From NCBI GenBank assembly GCA_934777435.1, contig CAKVNK010000001.1, forward strand, positions 247,203-311,202: 64,000 bases of DNA. The letters are read 5' to 3'. This DNA comes from an uncultured Clostridia bacterium (GTDB lineage Bacteria > Bacillota > Clostridia > Christensenellales > UBA1242). Below are positions 30,681 through 40,800 of this stretch, piece by piece (within the stretch, counting starts at the first letter, position 1; the number at the start of each line of letters is the position of its first letter). The translations under genes were made by a program, and so were the position numbers. Below the pieces are notes generated by a model. The model made no database searches and was not told the origin of the DNA. It saw nothing but the letters and a program-made list of their open reading frames with translations.

Positions 30681-30935
30681 TTAAAAATCTTCTTCTTGTT
30701 TTTGTTTTTGTTGTTTAGGTTTTTTATAACCAAACAATTTTAATCTGCCTTTATTAAAAATTGTAACAATCAAAATATAAATACTTGCAACACCAATAAC
30801 AACATAAATTATACGGCTGAAAATATTTGCTTGTGTGCCAAAAATGCCAGCAATAAAATCATATTGCAAACAGCCAATCATAAACCAGTTTACACCACCA
30901 ACGCAAGTTAAAATAAAAGCAATCAATCTTAACAT
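30681..30935 (-). CDS. DUF378-like small membrane protein
   Basis: 84 aa. CVGGVNWFMIGCLQYDFIAGIFG matches the DUF378 pattern (from memory). AGGAGA RBS. Confidence 0.75.
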   Translation of the reverse strand: MLRLIAFILTCVGGVNWFMIGCLQYDFIAGIFGTQANIFSRIIYVVIGVASIYILIVTIFNKGRLKLFGYKKPKQQKQKQEEDF

Positions 30936-30998
30936 AAAAGTTTTCTCCTGCCTTTAGTTTGCGTTTGCAAATCATTTTTATGCAATTTTATTTAGCAC

Positions 30999-31077
30999 AA
31001 AAAAAGACGTGATATTAAAGAATAAGTCATACGTATTGTTTCTTTATTGAGCAACATTAACTCAACATCACATCTTT
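30999..31077 (-). terminator. Branched (three-way-junction) terminator-like structure between the DUF362 and DUF378 genes
   Basis: Minus strand: an 11-bp outer stem AAAGATGTGAT/ATCACGTCTTT (one G-U pair) encloses TTGAG-9nt-CTCAA and AAGAA-17nt-TTCTT hairpins, followed by T7. Confidence 0.5.
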
Positions 31078-31170
31078 TATAAATAAATTAATTTAACACA
31101 ATTTTAAGATATAAATTCGATATTAAACTACTACATCAGTTTACAATTTTTTTAAAATTTCACTTTGGTT

Positions 31171-32340
31171 TTAATCTTCTTTATTGAATTTTGTTACGTT
31201 ATAATTCAAAATTTTAAAGCCAATCGGTGTTTTTAAATCTGCAAGTGAATATGGGCAAGCGGTGTAACATTTATTGCAGAAAATGCACTTTGAATAATCA
31301 ATTTTAGCATACAATTCGCCAGCCTTATCATATTTCATCGTAATTGCTCCGACTGGGCATATTTGTGCACATCTGCCACAACCTTTGCATTTATGAGAGT
31401 CAATAATAACTCGTTGTTGATTACGATTGAAAAATCTTTTTTGTTGACCTTTGTTTTTATGTATATGTGAAAGGTTTGTTTGTTCTCCAAAATCAAAATC
31501 AGTGAGTGCAAATTTTTGAATATCACCTTCAATAAGTTTATATGGGTGTTCCAACTCAACAAGCCCACGCTTTGAGGCAGTTTTTACAATAGTATCTGCC
31601 AAATCTCTGCCAATTATTTTTGAAACAACTGCATCAAGGCTAAACATATTCTCTGCAACAGCCAAACAAGAAAGCATACGTTGGCTTGAATTTGCTTCCA
31701 CAGCAACAACGCCGTCAAACACGTTAAGCACAATCTTTTTTTGCAATTTGGTAACAAGGTCTATCACATAATTGTTAAAATCTTCAACTGTGTTAAGGCG
31801 GTTTAAAACAAGTTGTTTAATATCCCCAGGCACAAGCCCAAACATACCAGAAGCAACACCAAGTGCACCAAGTTTTTCATCTACCTTAAGTTTGCCAATG
31901 TTCACAATTAAATCAACGTCTTTTGCAACTTCAAGCAAAGTTGCAGATTTAGTTTTAACGCCATTTGGTATTTCCATTTTGCAGGTGGCAAGGTTATGAT
32001 TAAGTTGACATTTTGTGTTGTTCGCAACTTCCAAAAGCCCAGTATCAAAATAGATTTTATCTAAACCGTTTAGTGAATATTGTTTTATAGGGCTATCTGC
32101 CACTATACACTTTGCACCATATCCGCTTATCAAATTCACAACCGCCTGCACAACTGATGGGTGTGTTGTGATTGCTAAATCAGGGTTTGCGTCCACCCCT
32201 GCGTCAACTTTTATCAAAACTTTTTGATTAGATTTAAAAAGTTGTTCAGCGTTGACTGATGCAAAAAGTTCAGACAATGTTTGTTGCACATTGTCTGTGT
32301 TATAGTTGTTTATTCTTTTAATAGCAACTTCGTTATTCAT
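31171..32340 (-). CDS. DUF362-domain protein with a C-terminal 2x[4Fe-4S] ferredoxin domain
   Basis: KVLIKVDAGV..TTHPSVVQAVV resembles DUF362. CKGCGRCAQICP and CIFCNKCYTACP are ferredoxin motifs. The start is moved to ATG 32340 because the ORF-track TTG at 32376 is the first codon of a consensus -35 box. Confidence 0.8.
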   Translation of the reverse strand: MNNEVAIKRINNYNTDNVQQTLSELFASVNAEQLFKSNQKVLIKVDAGVDANPDLAITTHPSVVQAVVNLISGYGAKCIVADSPIKQYSLNGLDKIYFDTGLLEVANNTKCQLNHNLATCKMEIPNGVKTKSATLLEVAKDVDLIVNIGKLKVDEKLGALGVASGMFGLVPGDIKQLVLNRLNTVEDFNNYVIDLVTKLQKKIVLNVFDGVVAVEANSSQRMLSCLAVAENMFSLDAVVSKIIGRDLADTIVKTASKRGLVELEHPYKLIEGDIQKFALTDFDFGEQTNLSHIHKNKGQQKRFFNRNQQRVIIDSHKCKGCGRCAQICPVGAITMKYDKAGELYAKIDYSKCIFCNKCYTACPYSLADLKTPIGFKILNYNVTKFNKED

Positions 32341-32346
32341 ATTTGT

Positions 32347-32376
32347 ATGATATATCTTTTGCGGTGTGTTTGTCAA
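32347..32376 (-). promoter_or_regulatory. Promoter TTGACA-18-TATCAT placed 6 nt upstream of the ATG (leaderless geometry)
   Basis: Minus strand: TTGACA (32376-32371), an 18-nt spacer, TATCAT (32352-32347), ACAAAT, then ATG (32340). Confidence 0.55.
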
Positions 32377-32551
32377 ACAAGTTTAGGTTTAAACAGCTAA
32401 ACCAAGGCAAATTGTTTAGCAATATATGGTTATATTTACACATAATTCAATTAACTTATATTAAAGTTTAAAATTCAATTTTATTTAAAAAAAACAATGC
32501 AACAATCAAAATATGTGCAATTAAATATCACCCAAATTATAACAAAATTAT

Positions 32552-32580
32552 TTGCTTTTTTTGTTGGTTTTGAATACAAT
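32552..32580 (+). promoter_or_regulatory. Promoter TTGCTT-17-TACAAT placed 6 nt upstream of the ATG (leaderless geometry)
   Basis: TTGCTT at 32552-32557, TACAAT at 32575-32580, agactt, then ATG 32587. Confidence 0.45.
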
Positions 32581-32586
32581 AGACTT

Positions 32587-32841
32587 ATGATTAAAATTTG
32601 GGGAAAATTAACATCTAACGATAAAATATTAAAGTCTACCACAATTGAAGTTGATGAAAAAACAACAAGTTTTTTTGATATGCTTAAAGATTTGTGTGAA
32701 AAACTTAATGTTCCTACCCCAGTTTTGCTTGATAAACACGTATACGATTTTAACCTTTTTAATATGTGTGTTTTCAAACCAGATGATTTTATTGAATCTG
32801 TTGTGTTTGAAAAATTGATATTGCAACACATTGCCAAATAA
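32587..32841 (+). CDS. Hypothetical protein (84 aa)
   Basis: MIKIWGKLTSNDKILKSTTIEVDEKTTSFFDML.. has balanced composition. The ORF track begins at 32497, but the leaderless promoter geometry favours ATG 32587. Two overlapping minus-strand ORFs look spurious. Confidence 0.5.
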   Translation: MIKIWGKLTSNDKILKSTTIEVDEKTTSFFDMLKDLCEKLNVPTPVLLDKHVYDFNLFNMCVFKPDDFIESVVFEKLILQHIAK

Positions 32842-32936
32842 TTTTGAATATTTAACACATTTTAAAAAATGTAAAAGCAAGTGGCTAATTTGATTTAATT
32901 TGCATATATTATCTTTAAATTTGCATTTAAAAAACC

Positions 32937-32966
32937 TTGACAATAGTTTTTTAAAAGTGGTATAAT
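32937..32966 (+). promoter_or_regulatory. greA promoter TTGACA-18-TATAAT with an extended -10 (TGg)
   Basis: TTGACA at 32937-32942 and TGgTATAAT ending at 32966. Confidence 0.7.
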
Positions 32967-33038
32967 CGTGCTGTTGTAATGAGAAATCATTGCAATTTTG
33001 TGTTTTATAGCAGGTTTTAATGTTTATAAACACACCAG

Positions 33039-33069
33039 CAAAGTGGAAAAAGTCGCACTTTGTTTTTTT
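33039..33069 (+). terminator. Intrinsic terminator inside the greA 5' leader (candidate attenuator)
   Basis: CAAAGTG-10nt-CACTTTG (7 bp) followed by T7 (33063-33069). It lies about 70 nt after the predicted TSS and 20 nt before the greA ATG. Confidence 0.5.
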
Positions 33070-33089
33070 AAAAATGTTAGGAGAATATT

Positions 33090-33566
33090 ATGGACGAAAA
33101 AGTATTTATGACAGCAGAAGGGCTTAAAAAAACCCAAGAAAGATTAGAATATTTAAAAACAACACGTCGCCAAGAAGTTGCTAAAAAACTTGCAGAAGCA
33201 CGCAGTTATGGTGACCTTAGCGAAAATAGTGAATATGACATTGCACGTGAAGAACAAATCAACGTTGAAGCAGAGATTTTTGATTTGGAAACAAAACTTA
33301 AATCAGCCGTTGTTATTGACCCTAAAAAGGTTAACACAAACAAAGTTGGTGTTGGTTGCACAGTTACCGCAACAAATATGAAAACAAATCAAGTTGTTGA
33401 ATATAAAATTGTTGGTGACACTGATAGTGACCCATTTAAAGGTCTTATCAGCAACGTATCCCCTATTGGTGCTGGTTTGATGAATAAAAAAGTTGGCGAT
33501 ATTGCCCAAATCAGAACCCCAGGCGGTTTGATGTCTTACAAAATCACAAAAATTAAGTTATCATAA
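33090..33566 (+). CDS. greA: Transcription elongation factor GreA
   Basis: 158 aa. LEYLKTTRRQEVAKKLAEARSYGDLSENSEYDIAREEQ is the classic GreA coiled-coil with the acidic tip. Confidence 0.95.
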   Translation: MDEKVFMTAEGLKKTQERLEYLKTTRRQEVAKKLAEARSYGDLSENSEYDIAREEQINVEAEIFDLETKLKSAVVIDPKKVNTNKVGVGCTVTATNMKTNQVVEYKIVGDTDSDPFKGLISNVSPIGAGLMNKKVGDIAQIRTPGGLMSYKITKIKLS

Positions 33567-33676
33567 GATAACTTGTTTTGTAATGCAATTTTACAATGGT
33601 ATTGTTGCAAGGTTTGATTCATTTAAATATGTTTTCAGTTGTTAAAAATTGCGTTTATTTGATGACTAATATGCAC

Positions 33677-33706
33677 AAAAAAACAGGGTTAATTGCCCTG
33701 TTTTTT
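33677..33706. terminator. Bidirectional rho-independent terminator
   Basis: A7-CAGGG-ttaattg-CCCTG-T6, between convergent greA and the 166-aa membrane protein gene. Confidence 0.7.
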
Positions 33707-33731
33707 ATTTTGTTTTGTTAAATATTTTTAA

Positions 33732-34232
33732 CTATGCAACTGTTGATTCAACTACATTTTCTTCAACTTTCTTATCTTTTAAACACAAAGCAGCAATCAT
33801 AAACGCAAATGTTAAAATGTTTGCTGTAAAGATGCTTAAAACAAGTTGTGTAATAATAAAACCAGTTTTTGCCTTTTCTTGACTGGTTGCAACAAGGTTG
33901 AATACACCAATAATAAGTGAAGCAATAGCCATTGCAATGCTGTATACCCCAATAGTTACTAAAATCATTTTTGTAACTTTAATAAGGTCGTCAACTTCAC
34001 GGCTTTCAAGTCTAGCCCCTGTTGTTGGATTTTTATATGAAATTGAACCATCCGCATTGTTAATAACTTCAACGTCTTCAATTTTCATTTCAAACACTGC
34101 TTCAACAACCATATCACGGTCAACCATTGTTCTACCAGCAATGAAAGTTAAACCAAACATAGCAATGATTGCTGCCATAACAATAGCAATAATAGAACCG
34201 GCTTTTAAAAATCCAGATTTAGTTTTTGTCAT
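33732..34232 (-). CDS. Hypothetical membrane protein (166 aa, about 4 TM)
   Basis: AGGAGGAAGGGA RBS. Hydrophobic helices flank a soluble loop. Confidence 0.7.
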   Translation of the reverse strand: MTKTKSGFLKAGSIIAIVMAAIIAMFGLTFIAGRTMVDRDMVVEAVFEMKIEDVEVINNADGSISYKNPTTGARLESREVDDLIKVTKMILVTIGVYSIAMAIASLIIGVFNLVATSQEKAKTGFIITQLVLSIFTANILTFAFMIAALCLKDKKVEENVVESTVA

Positions 34233-34379
34233 AATATTTCCCTTCCTCCTATTGTATTCAGCCTAGCACAAAATTATTTCAATGTCAAACAATGTAAAAA
34301 TAATGTTGATTTTAGATTTAAAACATGTTTAAAGTTTGTTGTGTTATCATAAAAACTTGTTGTAATAAATGGGGTTTTA

Positions 34380-34388
34380 TGCTATAAT
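34380..34388 (+). promoter_or_regulatory. Extended -10 element TGcTATAAT placed 6 nt upstream of the holB GTG (leaderless geometry)
   Basis: TGCTATAAT at 34380-34388, taaagt, then GTG 34395. The -35 is poor. Confidence 0.4.
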
Positions 34389-34394
34389 TAAAGT

Positions 34395-35315
34395 GTGTTA
34401 GAAGCGATTAAAAATACCAATGCTTATTCATCTTTAAGCCTGGATAAAAATTTAAGCCATGCTTATCTTTTTTACTCTAACGATTCAGTGCTTAACAATG
34501 AAGTTGCACTCACTTTTGCAAGATCCATCATATGTCAAAACCACAATTCATGCGGTAAATGTGATGCTTGTATGCAGTTTAAAAGCAAATCTCACCCAGA
34601 CTTTTTTGTGTTAAACAGCAAATCAGTTAAAGTGGAAGATATAAGCAAGATGTTGGATAAAATGTCCACCCTGCCAGTAAGTGCTCAATATAAGGTGTTT
34701 GTGATTTTAAACGCTGAAACAGTTAACGAACGTGCACAAAACAAAATGCTTAAATCGTTGGAAGAACCAAACCCTAAGAACATTTTTATTTTATCTTCTT
34801 CAAAACTTGATAAAATTTTGCCAACAATTTTAAGTAGAACAAATAAAATACGTGTGCCTAATCTTAATGCTAGTGATAAAATGTCCATTGTTGAAGAATT
34901 AAAATCTCAAAACATAGACATTTCTGCATACAAAAATTTTGAAACGTTAACTGAAATGCTCAATTTTGTTGAAGGTAAAATGCTTGATACAATGCATTGC
35001 ATAACCAAAATTTTTGATAATCTTAACACCACTGCGGATATTCCTTCTATTGTTAGTGGAATTGGCGATATTGATAAAGATGCCTTCTTCCCACTTATGC
35101 AAGAAATGTTTATGTGTGCACTCAAAGGCACAAATCAGTTTGATAAAAAGGATATTGCTTCAATCAGTTTAAGATTTTCACCAAACGTGTTGGTAAAATG
35201 CTTGCCACTTATTGATGACGCTTACAAAAAATTGCAAGCAAATGTTAACTTTTCATATATTTTGGACAATCTATTATTCAACATTTTAAAGGAGAAATTT
35301 TATGCTGTTAACTGA
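34395..35315 (+). CDS. holB: DNA polymerase III delta' subunit
   Basis: LSHAYLFYS.., zinc module CGKCDACMQF..HPDF, and clamp-loader AAA+ SRT(N) motifs (ILSRTN). Confidence 0.88.
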   Translation: MLEAIKNTNAYSSLSLDKNLSHAYLFYSNDSVLNNEVALTFARSIICQNHNSCGKCDACMQFKSKSHPDFFVLNSKSVKVEDISKMLDKMSTLPVSAQYKVFVILNAETVNERAQNKMLKSLEEPNPKNIFILSSSKLDKILPTILSRTNKIRVPNLNASDKMSIVEELKSQNIDISAYKNFETLTEMLNFVEGKMLDTMHCITKIFDNLNTTADIPSIVSGIGDIDKDAFFPLMQEMFMCALKGTNQFDKKDIASISLRFSPNVLVKCLPLIDDAYKKLQANVNFSYILDNLLFNILKEKFYAVN

Positions 35316-36108
35316 AATTCAGTTGATAAATAATTCAAATATTGTTTATGTAAAAACTTTTAATAACTGTGCCCCAAGGCAACAAGTTGTTGTATCTGTT
35401 TCAGGTGTTTTAGAACTCGGCATTGTTAAACGTGAAGCCGAAGCAGAAGCAGAAACTGCAGAATTTGTACGTTTTGCAACCAAAGATGATATACATGCCA
35501 AATGTGAAAATTGCCGTCTTGCACGCAAAACATTAACCGAAGTTAAACAAATTGCAGATAAACTTAAACTTGATATGAAAATAAGTTTTGTAACTTATAG
35601 TTTAGATAAAAGCAAATTGACAATTAACTACACCGCTGATGAGCGTGTTGATTTTAGAGAAATGCTTAAAATATTAACCAGCACTTATAAAACCAAAATT
35701 GAAATGAAACAAATAGGCAACAGGGACGAAAGCAAATTTGTTGGAGCCCTTGGTGTATGTGGACGTGAAACTTGTTGCAAAGCATATTTAAAAGATTTTG
35801 ACAAAGTGTCAATCAAAATGGCAAAAAATCAAGGTATAGCCCTTAACCCTAACCGCATAAACGGTATGTGTGGCAGATTGTTGTGTTGCTTAAAATATGA
35901 AGATGAATATTATGAACAAATGCAAAAGAAAATGCCACGTGTTGGCTTTAAAGTAACAACACCAGACGGCGTTGGCAGTGTCGCAAGCGTTGATATGTTA
36001 AGGGAAACTGTTACTATTTGCTTTAAAAAGGACGAAGACACAACCGAAAATAAGACTTACCCCTTAACTGATATTAAATTTAATTCAAAAGAAACAAAAG
36101 AAAAATAG
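35302..36108 (+). CDS. ricT: PSP1-domain protein YaaT/RicT
   Basis: CGRETCCKAYLKDF..NGMCGRLLCCLKYE is the PSP1 C-terminal cysteine motif. Conserved position after holB. Confidence 0.88.
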   Translation: MLLTEIQLINNSNIVYVKTFNNCAPRQQVVVSVSGVLELGIVKREAEAEAETAEFVRFATKDDIHAKCENCRLARKTLTEVKQIADKLKLDMKISFVTYSLDKSKLTINYTADERVDFREMLKILTSTYKTKIEMKQIGNRDESKFVGALGVCGRETCCKAYLKDFDKVSIKMAKNQGIALNPNRINGMCGRLLCCLKYEDEYYEQMQKKMPRVGFKVTTPDGVGSVASVDMLRETVTICFKKDEDTTENKTYPLTDIKFNSKETKEK

Positions 36109-36109
36109 T

Positions 36110-36781
36110 ATGAAAATTGAAAATTTAAAACTTGAACATTTTGCCAATGGCATTTCAATAATCCAAAGCGACAATTATTACAAGTTTACGCAAGATGCAA
36201 TTTTGCTTGCAAATTTTTGCAATATTAAGCATAGTGACAACGTGCTTGAACTTTGTGCAGGCAGTGGCGTTATCAGTTTTTACGCGTATTCTCTTTGCCC
36301 TTTTAATAAGTTGTATTTTAACGAAATTCAACCCGAAATGTGTGAAATCATAAAGGAAAATATTGATTTCAACAATTTTAAACGTAAAAGCAAAATTTTT
36401 AACTGTAATCTTAAAGATTTAAAGTTAACTGATTTTCCTAAAAATCTTGATGTTATAATTTGCAATCCACCATATCAAAAAGTTAATGCAAACAGCAAAA
36501 TTAATGAACGTCCAGAAATTGCACTTGCTCGCCATGAAATTGCTGCAAATCTTGAAGATATTATAAGCAAAACAAGCGAATTACTTAAAGATAAAGGACG
36601 TATGTATATGGTTCATTTAGCATCTAGAACCGCCGAAATAGCCGGTTTGTGTGCTAAATATAATATGCAAGTTAAACAGATGAAATTTATTTTCACCAAC
36701 GAAAAAGAAGCATATTTGGTGTTGATTGAAGCAGTAAAAGGTGCAAAACCTGGTGTTAGAATAACCAAAAATTGTGAATAA
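36110..36781 (+). CDS. SAM-dependent N6-adenine-type methyltransferase (YabB/TrmN6-like)
   Basis: LELCAGSGV SAM-binding motif and the NPPY motif (ICNPPYQK). Position equivalent to B. subtilis yabB. Confidence 0.8.
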   Translation: MKIENLKLEHFANGISIIQSDNYYKFTQDAILLANFCNIKHSDNVLELCAGSGVISFYAYSLCPFNKLYFNEIQPEMCEIIKENIDFNNFKRKSKIFNCNLKDLKLTDFPKNLDVIICNPPYQKVNANSKINERPEIALARHEIAANLEDIISKTSELLKDKGRMYMVHLASRTAEIAGLCAKYNMQVKQMKFIFTNEKEAYLVLIEAVKGAKPGVRITKNCE

Positions 36782-36900
36782 AATTAACGTTTAATAAAAT
36801 TAAATCGCTATAATTGAAGTATAAAAATCTTATATAAAAACAATTATTAACTATTTTATAATAGTAATTTGCTATCAAATAAATCTAAAAGGAGTGTTAT

Positions 36901-37701
36901 ATGTTATATTTTGTTGCCACCCCAATCGGCAATTTAGAAGATATAAGTTATCGTGCAGTTGAAGTGCTTAAAAATTGTGATGTTATTGCGTGTGAAGATA
37001 CAAGACACTCTAAAATTTTGTTAGACCATTACAATATAAAAGCAAAAACCATTGCTTACCACAAATTTAATGAGCAAAACAGTGCTGACGGCATAATCAA
37101 TCTTTTGCACGATGGCAAAAATGTTGCGGTTATAAGTGATGCTGGCATGCCAGTTATCAGCGACCCAGGCAATATTTTGGCTCAAAAACTTGTAGAAGCA
37201 AACATTAAGTTTACTGTTGTTCCAGGTGCAAACGCTGGCCTTTCTGCCCTTATCTTATCAGGCTTTGATGCGTCACACTTTGCATTTTTTGGCTTTTTAA
37301 GTGAAAAAAATAAAGAATTGAAACAACAACTTCAACAAATTAAAGTATTTAACGGAACTGTGGTGCTATATTCTTCTAAATACAATTTAAACAAAGATTT
37401 AGATAGTTTATATAATAGCCTTGGCAGCGTTCGTGTTGCCATTGTAAGTGAAATTACAAAGATGCACGAAAATACACAAATTGTAACTTTACCATACCAA
37501 ATTGAAGAACCTAAAGGTGAATTTGTTTTGGTTGTTCAAAACGTTGTGGCAGAGATGGAAAAGCCAACTGACGCACAGATTCTGGCAGAGATTAAACAAG
37601 CAATAAAACAAATTCCAAAAGCAGATGCCTTTAAGCAAATAAAAGAAAAATATGGTTTAACCAAATCATATATCTATAATCTTTATGAAAAAAATAAATA
37701 A
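36901..37701 (+). CDS. rsmI: 16S rRNA (cytidine1402-2'-O)-methyltransferase RsmI
   Basis: MLYFVATPIGNLEDISYRAVEVLKNCDVIACEDTRHS is the tetrapyrrole-methylase-fold RsmI signature. Confidence 0.92.
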   Translation: MLYFVATPIGNLEDISYRAVEVLKNCDVIACEDTRHSKILLDHYNIKAKTIAYHKFNEQNSADGIINLLHDGKNVAVISDAGMPVISDPGNILAQKLVEANIKFTVVPGANAGLSALILSGFDASHFAFFGFLSEKNKELKQQLQQIKVFNGTVVLYSSKYNLNKDLDSLYNSLGSVRVAIVSEITKMHENTQIVTLPYQIEEPKGEFVLVVQNVVAEMEKPTDAQILAEIKQAIKQIPKADAFKQIKEKYGLTKSYIYNLYEKNK

Positions 37702-37758
37702 GTGCTTTTGCACTTATTTTTTATGTATTACACACACCAATCGGAATATATTATAAAC

Positions 37759-37787
37759 AAAAAAAACGGATTAAATAATCCGTTTTT
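37759..37787. terminator. Bidirectional rho-independent terminator
   Basis: A-run, ACGGATT-aaat-AATCCGT, T-run. It lies between convergent rsmI and the surface-protein gene. Confidence 0.8.
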
Positions 37788-37808
37788 CTTTATTTTTTGA
37801 CTTATTGA

Positions 37809-40800
37809 TTATTCAACATCGCCAGATTTTGCTTCTGATTCTGCTTCTTCAGTTGTTGCTGTTGCTTCAACTTCTTCTACTTCTTCTTTAGCAACTTCTT
37901 TGTTTGCACCTTTTGTTGATTTTGCTTTAACTTGATTGTTGGCTTTTGTTTTGCCACCTTTGCCTTTACCTGTGAAGGCGAAGAACAAGATAACGCCAGC
38001 AAGAACAACTAATGACAATACGATAAGCACAACGCCAACTACTGTATCATTGCTCTTTTCAACATCAGATTCAGTTTTAACAGTAAACTTAATTTCTTTT
38101 GTTGCTGGGTTTGTGTTGCTGTCGGTTGCTTTGATCACCAATTTATATTCACCAGTTGCACTGATTGAATATGTTTTGGTGTTAGTACCTGTTGAACTTG
38201 TTGACATAACGCTGTCTCCATTGTAAAGTTCCACAGTTAAAGAATCCCAACTGATGTCTTTTAATTCACCATTTTTGTCCTTATCTTGTAAAACAAGGTT
38301 GGTGTTGTAAGTTTTAACATCTTTACCGTTTGTGATTGTGACCTCAAGTTTTCTACCACCATTTGTTGATGTTGAAGTTTTAACCAATTTGATTGTGTAT
38401 TCAATAGCGGTTTTGCCATCGTATACAATTTCTTTAGCCAAATCATCTTCATGGTCGATTGTGATTACTGGTGGAACATTGTCACCCACTTTGATTGTAA
38501 ATGACTTTGTGATTGTGCTGTAAGCAGTTATTGCAGTATATTCAACTTTATAGTCACCTGTCAATGTTTCATTTGTTGTAAATTGCCATACAGTTGTGCC
38601 ATTAACAATGTTCTTTTTTACTGTTTGAGTGTCACCTTTGAAAGTAACTTTCAATTCAACTTTTGCTTTAACATCACCTTGAGATGCACTTAAATCTGGA
38701 AGTGTTACAACGCTACCCAAAGGTGCGTATGAATAATCACTTTCGTTTAATGTTTCGTTCCATTTAAGTTCTGGACGAGTTACAGTGATTGTAAATATTT
38801 GAGGTTCTGCTGTGTATGTTACACCAGCTGACTCATAACTTGCTGTAAATGTGATTTTATATTCACCTTGCTCCTTGAAGATGAAACTTGTTACATCATC
38901 AGCGGATTGCCAATCTTTTCCACCATCTTCAACTGTGTAGTCGATTGTTGCTGATTCTGTTAAGTTTTGTGACAAATCATTTGACCACAAAACTGCATCA
39001 AAGTTAACACGCATACCTGTTTCGCCAGTGATTGTGCTTGCACTTGAAGATTTAATATCGTCACCAGTTGCTGACACTTTCAAAATAGGGTCGCTTGCTA
39101 AAGTTGATTCAAATGTGAAGTACATATAGGTTGTGTTACCAGCATCATCTGTGGCTGTGTAAATAACGTGATATGTGCCTACTTTATCTGCTTTGATTGA
39201 GCCACCATAAATATATGATAAGCCTGAAATATTGTTTTTAAAGTTTTTCCCTGTAGGAGATTGATAATCTAAACCTATAATATCGTTAACTGGGCTGTCA
39301 ACATAGTATAAAACGCTCATACTCAAAGATTTATCGTCATCTTCAAAACTTACGTCTGGTAAACGAACAGTTGTGCCTTGTTTAACTGTAAGTGCAGTTA
39401 AATCTACATCACCCAAATCGTGTGCGTTTACAACGTGTGCTGTAGGTGCTGCAACATCGGTCATATCTTTCAAGTTGAGTTTTTTAGTAGCAAGTGCGAT
39501 ATTGCTGTCGTCATCAATAGACATAGCAACAATGTGTGCTTCTCTAAGATAACTTGCTTCATAACCTTTTAATTCAACATTATAGTTATTTTTATTCTTT
39601 TGTTCAGCATAAGCAAAACCATTGTATCTATCTTTCATATAGTTAACGAAAGCGTCAGTTTCAATTAAGTTTTTGCTACCAAAGTAACTGCCTTCTGGCA
39701 ATGCTTCTTTTGCTGCTCTGTAAGCATTTTCAACATCTTGTGCCAAAGTTGTTGCAGTAGATTTTGCTGTGTAGTAATAGAACACTGCAGTTTTAAGGCG
39801 TTTATCAACATTAGTTGTTGATTCGCCACGTTTTGTTTCATTTGCATTGATGTTAACTGTGAATTTACCATCGCTTGCAACTGAATAATTATCTTTAATG
39901 TTGTTAATTTCAACTGTGTGTTCTACAGATGTAGTTGGGGTTCTCAAATCAGTTGACAAAATTTCAAAGGTGTACATTGTTGTGTTTGAAACATACAAGT
40001 AACCTGTTTGTTTTGTGATGTCTTTTGCATAAACTTGGTAACCCAATGTATATTCACCAGCCATTTCTGATTGGTTTTCTGTGTTAAATTTGAATTTAAC
40101 TGCTTTGTTTGGTTTGCCAATGTTTGCATCTCCTGACACATTCATTTGGCTTGAATATGCTTCATCTGAAGAAATATTATATGCTTCTTTATCTTTTAAC
40201 ATAATGTTATCAAGATAATAGATTGTGTTTGTACGTGAACTTTGAATATAACGAACAAAGATAAAATCTTTATAAGATGTTACGTTATCTTTAGCATAGA
40301 TTGCTGGGAAGTAAAGTTCATTATAACCAAGTTGTGATTTGAATTCTGATGCAACAGTTGTGTCAATTTTATCTTCATCAACTGGCAATTTTGTTTCAGC
40401 ATCAACTTCATAGTTATAAGCCATGAATACTTCTGGGTTTGTGTTATCTTTAACGCCGTCAATAGTAACTTTGATTGTTTTTGTGTTGCCGTAAGCATCT
40501 TCAATGGTATATTCAACATACCAGTCACCTAACATATCTGTTGTGTATGAAGCCAAATTAAATGTTGTTTTGGTCATATCAAATTTAAAAGTGTTGTTTG
40601 ATAAAGTTGTTGAAAGGTTGCCCTTGCTGATAACGATTGATTTAACATTGTGTTCAATGTTATCTTTTGTTTTGCTGTTAACAACAACATCTGGCAATTT
40701 AATATCTTTTTGACCCAATTCAACGCTTGGCATTGTAGGGATATTGATTGTTAAATCGCTACTTGTAGGTGCTACAAAGTCTTTTTTAACTTCAACTGTG

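Noticed and set aside
32481-33033. Minus-strand ORFs 32481-32858 (125 aa) and 32629-33033 (134 aa) opposite the 84-aa plus-strand gene and the greA promoter.
   Set aside because: They have an N/F/K/C-rich, low-complexity-like composition and no SD. The 134-aa ORF would run through the greA promoter. The plus-strand frame has the more protein-like sequence and a positioned promoter. Confidence in any coding call for this 700-nt region is still modest.
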